Origin: Polyangiaceae bacterium
Lineage (GTDB): Bacteria > Myxococcota_A > Polyangia > Polyangiales > Polyangiaceae
Direction of reading: 5' to 3'
Assembly (NCBI GenBank): GCA_965222375.1
Contig: CBDCTZ010000016.1
Span: 3,232,001 to 3,296,000, forward strand
Length of the DNA stretch: 64,000 bases
Part shown: positions 29,314-37,034 of the stretch, piece by piece
Layout of the letters: each line of letters opens with the position of its first letter
Position numbering within the stretch: position 1 is the first letter of the stretch
Position numbers and translations under genes: made by a program
The notes under the pieces: generated by a model
Databases searched by the model: none
Told to the model about the DNA's origin: nothing
What the model saw: only the letters and a program-made list of their open reading frames with translations

Positions 29314-30804
29314 ATGACGACCTCTCTGATTCAGCGTAACGCTGGAGCGCGCCGACGAAATCCGGCGTTTGTGCCTTCTTCGAGCCTGGGCATGGCCTTA
29401 GCCGGCTTCGCGTTGGTCGTTGGCTGCGGCGGCGGAAACGGTGGTTCGTCCTGTCCCGAGGGTGCAGATTGCGCCACTGGGGGCACCTCCGGATCCGGGG
29501 GGCAGAGCACCGGCGGTTGGGGTACCGGCAACTTCGGCGGATTCGGGGCAACCGGCGGGGCTGCAACCGGTGGTTCGGGCGCCATTGGCGCCGCCACCGG
29601 AAGTGGCGGCGCAGCCCCGAAGTGCGGCAACGGCGAGGTCGAGCCCGGGGAGACCTGCGACGGCAATTGCCCAGTGTCGTGCCCCGGGGCAACGGGTCCC
29701 TGCCAAGAGTGGAAGCTGATTGGCAATCCACTGACCTGCAACGTCGAATGCGGGCTGTTCGCCGTGCCGGGCTGCGGGGTCAACACCTGCCCGAAGAACG
29801 CGAAACCGAGCTCGCAGCTGGGCGCCAAGTTGTTCTCCGGCGAGTTCATGGACGAAAAGGACGTGCTGACCGGTAGCGGTAGCTGCAAGTTATTCGGCAA
29901 CGATGCGGCCTATTGGTGGCAAGCGCCGACAGCGGGCACCTTCGACTTCAGCATGTGTGCCCTCGGCTCCTTCTACTCCTTCGGCGACAAGGTCGACTGG
30001 GACTACTGTCGGGGCACGATCACGGTTCTAGAAGGGGCCAGCTGCTCTGGCGTACCTAAGGCGTTGGCATGCAAAGGTCACAAACCCGGCAACGGAAGTG
30101 TGCGACTCCAATTGAGTGCCGGTCAGCAGGTGCTCGTGGTGGCTTCGGGCTACGTGGATGTCGACAAGTCGGATGGTGTCTTCACGGCCAGCGCGCCCTA
30201 CACCGTATCCATTGAGCAATGCGTACCCAGTTGCGCTGGGAAGAGCTGCGGTGATGACGGCTGTGGCGGCAGCTGTGGTAGCTGCTTCGGCAAGGACAAG
30301 TGCAATTCCGCGGGCCAGTGCGTGTGCGTGCCGAGCTGCAGCGGCAAGAAATGTGGCGATGATGGTTGCGGTGGTAGCTGTGGCACCTGTGCGAGCAATG
30401 CGACCTGCAGCGCTTCCGGGCAGTGCGTGTGCACGCCCAACTGTAGTGGCAAGACCTGCGGTTCCAACGGATGCGGGGGCAGCTGCGGCAGTTGCGCCCT
30501 GGGTAAGTCCTGCTCCGCTGGCACTTGCGTCACGGATCCCAATGCTTGCGATCCCGTGCTGGACGCAGGTTGCGCCCCCACGGAAGGTTGCTGGCTCTTG
30601 AGCAACGAGGATACGGCTTGCTCAATCACCGGCTCGGGCACCCACGGGAGTAGTTGCAGCACGACGAGTAACTGCGCCGGCGGGCACGGCTGCTTTGCAG
30701 GCACGTGCCGCAAGCTGTGTCAGCGTTCCAATGGTGCGGGCTGTGTGGGCAGCCAAGTGTGCAACGGCGTTTCCGGGTGGACGACCTACGGCGCCTGCTA
30801 CTAG
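29314..30804 (+). CDS. Cys-rich repeat lipoprotein
   Basis: Lipobox VVGC; CGNGEVEPGETCD; three CxPxCxGKxCGxDGCGGSCGxC repeats. Confidence 0.85.
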   Translation: MTTSLIQRNAGARRRNPAFVPSSSLGMALAGFALVVGCGGGNGGSSCPEGADCATGGTSGSGGQSTGGWGTGNFGGFGATGGAATGGSGAIGAATGSGGAAPKCGNGEVEPGETCDGNCPVSCPGATGPCQEWKLIGNPLTCNVECGLFAVPGCGVNTCPKNAKPSSQLGAKLFSGEFMDEKDVLTGSGSCKLFGNDAAYWWQAPTAGTFDFSMCALGSFYSFGDKVDWDYCRGTITVLEGASCSGVPKALACKGHKPGNGSVRLQLSAGQQVLVVASGYVDVDKSDGVFTASAPYTVSIEQCVPSCAGKSCGDDGCGGSCGSCFGKDKCNSAGQCVCVPSCSGKKCGDDGCGGSCGTCASNATCSASGQCVCTPNCSGKTCGSNGCGGSCGSCALGKSCSAGTCVTDPNACDPVLDAGCAPTEGCWLLSNEDTACSITGSGTHGSSCSTTSNCAGGHGCFAGTCRKLCQRSNGAGCVGSQVCNGVSGWTTYGACY

Positions 30805-31056
30805 CCACTCGTTTCCCCGCCCAGTGGCGCGAAACACGGACCAATTTACGCGTCCGTTGGGAGTTGGTTGGTTTGGGGTCGCGGGGCTGTGTCAACCCAG
30901 GCCGCCACCCTCGAGCGAGGCCACGCGGCACGCCGCTCATGAGGACACCACAGCCTGCTGAATTACCGTAGAAGCCGCCCTCTTTGGCCCAATTCGAGAA
31001 TAGTGGCCCGGCGTGGGCCAGGGCTCGACCCCAAACCAAAAAAGTCCATGATCGGC

Positions 31057-31082
31057 TGCAAAGCCGGGGTGTGGCCCGTGTC
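31057..31082 (+). promoter_or_regulatory. Putative ECF promoter TGCAA-N16-GTGTC
   Basis: tgcaa agccggggtgtggccc gtgtc, intergenic. Confidence 0.65.
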
Positions 31083-31165
31083 AGCAGAGGTAGGAGCGTG
31101 GTGCATCTGCGACTCCGGCTGACTCGTTTTGCTGGGTTCTCCCGGCGAAGCGCAGGGAGACCTCC

Positions 31166-31888
31166 ATGTTTCGCAAGCTGCTTTTCATCTCCTTTCTGGC
31201 TCCGGCGGTGCTGGCCGCGGGTGGTTGCGCGGCGGAAACCGAAGAAGCTGCCGATCCTGGCGGGGCATGTCTGCCCAACGAGACCGTCGAGTGCGCTTGC
31301 CCCGGAGGCGGCAGTGGGGTCCAGGAATGCAGCGAAGACGGCAGCGGCTATGGTGCGTGCCAGGGATGCTCCGGTTCGGTGGGTGGGGGCTGCACAGCCG
31401 CGCCGGACTGCGGAGGCTGTACCTCGTGTTTCGATAGTTGCGCCTGCGAAGGCGGCGACGCGAACGCATGCCTGACTCAGTGCACCGCTGGAGGTAGTGG
31501 TGGTGCGCCTGGGGCAGGGGGTGGCGTGAGCACCGGCGGCAGCGGTGGCAGTGGTGGTTACGGCGGTGGCGGCAGTGGTGGATACGGTTCTACGTCCAGC
31601 ACCGGCGGCTACGGTGGTGGTTCATCCGGTGGCGGTGGCGGTGGAACGTCGACCGGGGGCTGCGAAGGTTGCCTCGCATCCGCGTGTGGGGCGCAGTACT
31701 CGAGCTGTTCCCAGACTTCGGGTTGTTTGCAACTAGTGAGCTGCGCGGCGCAAAGTGGCTGTTCCCTTTCGGACTACGGCTGCCTGCTATTTTCTTGCGG
31801 CGCATACATGGTGAACATCGGTGCCGTGACGCCTGCGATCGCTCTTGGTGGGTGCGCCGCGCAGTCCTGCGCCGTGCAGTGTTCGTGA
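31166..31888 (+). CDS. Cys-rich lipoprotein
   Basis: SD ggag, lipobox AGGC, three Cys modules with Gly linker. Confidence 0.85.
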   Translation: MFRKLLFISFLAPAVLAAGGCAAETEEAADPGGACLPNETVECACPGGGSGVQECSEDGSGYGACQGCSGSVGGGCTAAPDCGGCTSCFDSCACEGGDANACLTQCTAGGSGGAPGAGGGVSTGGSGGSGGYGGGGSGGYGSTSSTGGYGGGSSGGGGGGTSTGGCEGCLASACGAQYSSCSQTSGCLQLVSCAAQSGCSLSDYGCLLFSCGAYMVNIGAVTPAIALGGCAAQSCAVQCS

Positions 31889-31895
31889 GGGAGCC

Positions 31896-33707
31896 ATGCG
31901 CCGTATCTTCGTAGCCCTGTCGTTCTTGTCCGTCGCTGCTTGCTCATCGGTACCCGAGGGTTCCGGCGAGGGTCGGTCGTGCGTGCCTGGTCTTCAGGTT
32001 GCATGTGTGTGTCCGGGGGGCACCCAGGGCGTTCAGGTGTGCTCAGCCAACGCCAAGGCCTTTTCCAAATGCGAGTGCGGACTCACGGGCGGTGGCGCTG
32101 TCGGCGGTGGCGGCTTTGGCAATGCGACGGGCACCGGAGGTGACATCGGGGGCGGCGGCGGCGGTAACACGCAGGGTGGCGGCTTCGGCGGTGGCTCCGC
32201 TGGCGGTGGGAACAACGGTGGCGCGGGCAACGGTGGCGGCAATGCCGGCGGCGGCAATACTGGCGGTGGCAGCGCAGGCGGCGGAAACACCGGGGGTGGC
32301 AGCAGTGGCGGCGGTGGCTGGGGCAACACCGGCGGTTGGGCTGGCGGATCCCTCGGGCAGGTGGGCGACTACGCCGGCAACGTGAACATCTCGGAGATCG
32401 CCATCTATCAGGGCGTGAAGATCTCACTGATGAAGAACGGTCAGGCCGTCAATAAGCGGAACGCCCCCGTGGTCGAGGGGCGGCCGGCTCTGGTGCGGGT
32501 CAGTGTTGCGCCGACAGGTGGTTTTCAAAACCGCAACATCGCCGCGCTGCTCGACCTGAAGTCGAGCGACCCGAATGTGAAGAGCCAGACGGCTACTCTG
32601 CAGGTTAGCGGTTCGTCGACAGACAGCAGCCTGGGTAGCACGATCAACTTCCAAATCCCGCCGGAACAGATGACCGGTGACTTGAAGTTTCGTGTCTCGC
32701 TCCACGAACCCAGCGGCGGCAGCGTGGGCGCAGTGCAAGGTGGCGCCGTGTTCCCGTCTCAAGGCGACGCCAACATGGGCGTCGAGGCCTCAGGGCCCGT
32801 GCGCTTGGTCATCGTGCCCTTCATCTACAACGGCGACGGCTCCGGGCGCGCGCCGAATACGTCGAACGCGCAGATGAAGATCTACCACGACGCCGTTTTT
32901 GGGATGTACCCGACGACCAAGGTCGAGATGCAGGTACGCAATCCCGTGACCTATTCGGGCTATGTTGGCCCCGGATCCGGCTGGTCTCAGTGGCTCGATT
33001 CCCTCTGTGATCTGCGCCAGAAAGACGGGGTTGATTCCAAGGTCTTCTACTACGGGGTGATGGCTCCGAAGACATCCTGGAACAGCTACGGAGGCGGCAT
33101 CGCAGGATTGGGCATGGTGCCGTCTGCAACCCTGAAGTGGGGCCGCTGCTCTGTGGGTCTGGGCTTTCAAGGTGCCGACAAGCAGGGGCTGATCATGGCG
33201 CACGAAGTAGGGCACAACCATGGTCGACCCCATGCGCCCTGCGGAGTGAGCGGAGAGCCTTTTCCCTACCCCGGTGCGCGGGTCGGCGTTTGGGGACATG
33301 ACCTGCTCGGCAGCGGGCTCAAGAACCCGAGCAACTTCCGGGATCTGATGAGCTATTGCGATCCGCAGTGGATCAGCGACGTGAACTACGGGAAGCTGTT
33401 TACCCGAATTCGCTACATCAACCAGAACGCCTACGAGGTGCCCGGCGAGCCCCAGGCATATCAGAAGCTCCTGGTCGACGTGGATGGCTCCCTGGTTTGG
33501 GGTGGCGCCATCACGCTGACCGAGAAGGTCACCGGAGTGGACACCGCTGTGCGCTTGCTCACCAAAGAGGGGCGCGTGAAGCAGAGGTTGGTCGTACCCT
33601 TCTTGGCCTTTGGTGACGCTCCCGCTGGGGCCTTCTTCCTGCCGAAGCTGCACTCGGACATCACTCGGGTCGAGGTCGAGGGCTACCCGGCCATCGCCGT
33701 CCACTGA
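31896..33707 (+). CDS. M66-like metalloprotease lipoprotein
   Basis: Lipobox VAAC; HEVGHNHGRPHAPCG; DLMSYC Met-turn. Confidence 0.88.
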   Translation: MRRIFVALSFLSVAACSSVPEGSGEGRSCVPGLQVACVCPGGTQGVQVCSANAKAFSKCECGLTGGGAVGGGGFGNATGTGGDIGGGGGGNTQGGGFGGGSAGGGNNGGAGNGGGNAGGGNTGGGSAGGGNTGGGSSGGGGWGNTGGWAGGSLGQVGDYAGNVNISEIAIYQGVKISLMKNGQAVNKRNAPVVEGRPALVRVSVAPTGGFQNRNIAALLDLKSSDPNVKSQTATLQVSGSSTDSSLGSTINFQIPPEQMTGDLKFRVSLHEPSGGSVGAVQGGAVFPSQGDANMGVEASGPVRLVIVPFIYNGDGSGRAPNTSNAQMKIYHDAVFGMYPTTKVEMQVRNPVTYSGYVGPGSGWSQWLDSLCDLRQKDGVDSKVFYYGVMAPKTSWNSYGGGIAGLGMVPSATLKWGRCSVGLGFQGADKQGLIMAHEVGHNHGRPHAPCGVSGEPFPYPGARVGVWGHDLLGSGLKNPSNFRDLMSYCDPQWISDVNYGKLFTRIRYINQNAYEVPGEPQAYQKLLVDVDGSLVWGGAITLTEKVTGVDTAVRLLTKEGRVKQRLVVPFLAFGDAPAGAFFLPKLHSDITRVEVEGYPAIAVH

Positions 33708-33756
33708 ACGAGCGGCGGGTCGGCCGAGGGAAAGAGAAGAAAATCCCGATCGACTC

Positions 33757-33782
33757 TGCAAACTCGGTCAGCGGTGCGTGTC
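33757..33782 (+). promoter_or_regulatory. Putative ECF promoter TGCAA-N16-GTGTC
   Basis: tgcaa actcggtcagcggtgc gtgtc, intergenic. Confidence 0.65.
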
Positions 33783-33822
33783 TGTAGTCCTAGGAGGCCT
33801 CTTTCTTCGAGGTCTATTCGTC

Positions 33823-34923
33823 ATGATTGCCCAAAAACTCGCGCCCTTGGCCCTGACTGTCGCCGCCTGCTCGGCGTCGCCGGATGACAACATGGTTGCT
33901 GGCGGCACCCCCGTTGGAGGCAGTGGCAGTGGTGGCGTGACCATCGGCACGGGAGGCGCGGCGGCCAGCGGGGGCGGCGTCGTCGTGCCGGGCAGCGGCG
34001 GGGCGCCGGGTGGGGAGTGTCAGGCGGTTTCCCAGCAGGCCGAACTCGGCGCCAAGCCCGTGGACATCATCTGGGCCGTCGACACCTCCGGCAGCATGAA
34101 GGTGGAACAAAAGGCCGTGGAGCAGAACCTGAACGGCTTCGCTCAACAGATCGCGGCGGCAGGCGTGGACGTGCGCGTGGTGTTGATCTCGGACCCGAAA
34201 GCCATGTGCATCGGAGCGCCCCTAGGCAAGGGCGGTTGCCCCGGAGGTTCCAAGGCGCCGTCATTCCTGCACGTCGAGAAATACGTTGGCAGCCACAGCG
34301 CACTGAGCGCCATGGTCGGCTACCACAGCAGCTACAGTCAGGTACTGCGCCCGAATTCGGTGAAGTACTTCACCGTGGTCACCGACGACAACACGGAACC
34401 GGGCAATGTGAACTCCGCTACGGAGTTCAGCAACAAAGTCGCGGCTCTCGGCATCAGCGACTGGAAGTTCTTCGGCATCTTCTGCACTGGCGGCTGCTCG
34501 TCGAACTGCGTCGCCGTTGGTAAGACCTACGCGAACCTAGTCAGCCAAACCGGTGGCAAGGCCGGGGATTTGTGCGGCGGCAACCTCACGGGGTTCAAGC
34601 CCGTCTTCGATTCTCTTGCGGCAAGCGTGATCGAAAACAAGACCCTGGACTGCTCTTGGGAGATCCCACCGCCGCCCGAGGGCCAAGCCTTCGACAAGGA
34701 GCGCCTGAACGTGCGCTTCACCTCGGGCAGCGGGACCCTCACGGACATCTACGCCGTTGGAGACCCCAGCCAATGCGGCGCTGCCGGTGGTTGGTTCTAC
34801 GACAATCCCGTCTCGCCCACTCGCATCGAGGTGTGCCCGTCGACGTGCCAAGCGCTGCAGTCCGATTCGGCGGGCAAGATTGACATTCTTTTCGGGTGCG
34901 TGACCGTCGCGCAGCCTCAGTGA
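33823..34923 (+). CDS. VWA domain lipoprotein (CglB-like architecture)
   Basis: Lipobox VAAC; VDIIWAVDTSGSM, VVTDD; C-terminal GWFYDNP...CPSTC. Confidence 0.85.
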   Translation: MIAQKLAPLALTVAACSASPDDNMVAGGTPVGGSGSGGVTIGTGGAAASGGGVVVPGSGGAPGGECQAVSQQAELGAKPVDIIWAVDTSGSMKVEQKAVEQNLNGFAQQIAAAGVDVRVVLISDPKAMCIGAPLGKGGCPGGSKAPSFLHVEKYVGSHSALSAMVGYHSSYSQVLRPNSVKYFTVVTDDNTEPGNVNSATEFSNKVAALGISDWKFFGIFCTGGCSSNCVAVGKTYANLVSQTGGKAGDLCGGNLTGFKPVFDSLAASVIENKTLDCSWEIPPPPEGQAFDKERLNVRFTSGSGTLTDIYAVGDPSQCGAAGGWFYDNPVSPTRIEVCPSTCQALQSDSAGKIDILFGCVTVAQPQ

Positions 34924-34937
34924 GAAAGGCGAACTTG

Positions 34938-35894
34938 ATGGCTTGTGCAACTCCTGGGGCTGATGCATCGCGCTCGCAATGCCGCCGACGCGCCGCCCTG
35001 AGCCGCTCAGTCTGGTGGGGCGGTTTGCTCGCCTTGTCCCTAGCCTGCTCCGCTACGCCCGAGGGCGACACGGGAAGCGTGGCCAACGGTGGCACGCTCA
35101 CGCCACCTCCGCAGGACACCACCTGCACCTTCGAACCAGACCGCTGCGAGGGCTGCGAAGGCTGCCTCGCGCGCTGCCTGTGCCTGACGCAGAACACGGT
35201 CGAGTGCCCTATCGCCTGCGGCGACACGCAGCCCCCGCCTCCGCCTCCGACTGGCGGCAACGGTGGCGGCGGCGGCACACCCCCGCCTCCGCCGCCGCCT
35301 CCTCTGACAGGTGGCAATGGAGGAAACGGAGGTGGCGGCGGGACGCCACCGCCGGCAACTGGCGGAACCACGGGTGGCAATCCTTGCCCCTATCCGCCCG
35401 GACCCTACGGCACGAGCGTTGGTGCCACCGTCGCTCCCAGCTTGAGTTGGCAGGGGTTCGCCGAGGGTTCCCATCAAGCGGGCACGGTGAACATCACCGA
35501 CTACCACGACTGTGATGGCACGCGAGGTGTGAACGCCTTGGTCGTGAACCAGAGCGCGGTCTGGTGCGGCGTGTGTAAGACCGAAGCCAAGAAATACAAT
35601 TCGAAGATGGCGGGCGGTTTCAAACAGAAGGGGATCCGCATCTTGAGCCTGATGATCGAGAACGCCTACGGGCAGCCGGCGACGCTAAAGACCGCTCAAG
35701 GTTGGAAGGACTCCTATTCGGATGGCTCCTGGGCAGTGGTTGCGGATCCCGACTTCACGTTCAGCAGCCCCGGCTCGAATAGCTTGCCTACGTATTTGAT
35801 CGTCAATCCCCGGACGATGAAGATCATCGATCGCCGCTCCGGTGGCATGAACTACTCCAAGTTGGAAAGCCTGGCCGCCGGCAACGCCAAGTGA
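34938..35894 (+). CDS. Redoxin (TlpA-like) lipoprotein with Cys module
   Basis: Lipobox SLAC; YPPGPYG; SAVWCGVC; LPTYLIVNPRTMKI. Confidence 0.82.
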   Translation: MACATPGADASRSQCRRRAALSRSVWWGGLLALSLACSATPEGDTGSVANGGTLTPPPQDTTCTFEPDRCEGCEGCLARCLCLTQNTVECPIACGDTQPPPPPPTGGNGGGGGTPPPPPPPPLTGGNGGNGGGGGTPPPATGGTTGGNPCPYPPGPYGTSVGATVAPSLSWQGFAEGSHQAGTVNITDYHDCDGTRGVNALVVNQSAVWCGVCKTEAKKYNSKMAGGFKQKGIRILSLMIENAYGQPATLKTAQGWKDSYSDGSWAVVADPDFTFSSPGSNSLPTYLIVNPRTMKIIDRRSGGMNYSKLESLAAGNAK

Positions 35895-35908
35895 TCGCAC
35901 GCTCTGGG

Positions 35909-35934
35909 TGCAAGATCCTCGACGTGAGGGTGTC
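35909..35934 (+). promoter_or_regulatory. Putative ECF promoter TGCAA-N16-GTGTC
   Basis: tgcaa gatcctcgacgtgagg gtgtc, intergenic. Confidence 0.65.
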
Positions 35935-35996
35935 TCCACTGTGCGGGTCATGAACGCTCAGAGAGCGGAGACCCAGCAAACAAGGAGGCGTTAGCG

Positions 35997-37034
35997 ATGA
36001 GCACATGGTCGTCGACAGCAGTGATGGGGGTGATGGCACTGGGATTGACCGCGGCCTGCGGCGGGTCCGATGACGCTGCGGGACCCGGCGGGCAGGGGGG
36101 CGGCGGCGCGATCGGACAGGCGGGCAGCGCTTCTGGCGGCCAAGTCGGAACCGCCGGCAGCGGTGGCAGCATCGGAGGCGCGGGCGCGACGGGCTCCGGC
36201 GGCACTACGACCACGCCCGGGGGCTGCGCGAACAATCAGACTAAGGCTACGAGCGGAAATCACATCATCGCTGAAGTCAGCTGGCCTGCGAAGACGGGAA
36301 TCGAAGCGGGCAGCGGCACGATGCACATCTGGACGCTGACGGTCCTCGACATGCAGGCGCCAGATCCCAGCACTGGAGCCATTCCGGCAACGGGTCAGGT
36401 CAAGCCCTGCGGCAGCACCATTCCAGCGTTGACCAAGACCGCGCTGGCCGGAGGCGGCAAGGTGCAGACCATCATCCCCGACGAAGTTTGGGACCAACCT
36501 GGCATTCCCACCTTCACTGCGACGGGGACCCTCAGCGGATTCGACGTGGGAGCGACGGTTCAAATGGATCCCGTGGTCAGCATGGTTGGGCTGACCATGG
36601 ACAATCCGGACGGGCCGTGGCCTTCGTCTTTCAAGCAAGTCAAAGCGATGGATCATGACGGTGATGGCAAGCCAGGGATCTTCGCGCGACCGCGCACGGA
36701 TGCGCCCTTCGCAGCGCCACCTACGTCCTTGTTCGAGGCCTTGAACCCGAATGGCAAGCGCGCAACGGCCATCTACGTGGCAACGCGCACGAAAGTGGAG
36801 CTCGGAGGCAAGCGCGATACCTGCACCACTGCGAGTGGAGACGCCAAGGTGCATCTCTTCGATTCCCATGTGGTGGGTTGTGCGCGTAACGACAACAAGC
36901 CTTGCAGCGCAGGGGAAGTCGACTTCATCGATCAGAACCAGCCCAAATTCAACGTCAAGAGTGCCACGTACAAGATGGTACAATTGCCCGATGGGGCGAG
37001 TTGTGCGGACGTTCGTGCGGCACTACCGAACTAG
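35997..37034 (+). CDS. Hypothetical lipoprotein
   Basis: SD aaggagg, lipobox TAAC, DHDGDGKPG Ca-binding-like loop, ends SCADVRAALP. Confidence 0.85.
   Translation: MSTWSSTAVMGVMALGLTAACGGSDDAAGPGGQGGGGAIGQAGSASGGQVGTAGSGGSIGGAGATGSGGTTTTPGGCANNQTKATSGNHIIAEVSWPAKTGIEAGSGTMHIWTLTVLDMQAPDPSTGAIPATGQVKPCGSTIPALTKTALAGGGKVQTIIPDEVWDQPGIPTFTATGTLSGFDVGATVQMDPVVSMVGLTMDNPDGPWPSSFKQVKAMDHDGDGKPGIFARPRTDAPFAAPPTSLFEALNPNGKRATAIYVATRTKVELGGKRDTCTTASGDAKVHLFDSHVVGCARNDNKPCSAGEVDFIDQNQPKFNVKSATYKMVQLPDGASCADVRAALPN

Noticed and set aside
34946..34971. TGCAA near the redoxin start (also at 923, 23943 and 26376)
   Set aside because: No GTGTC at the 16-nt spacing
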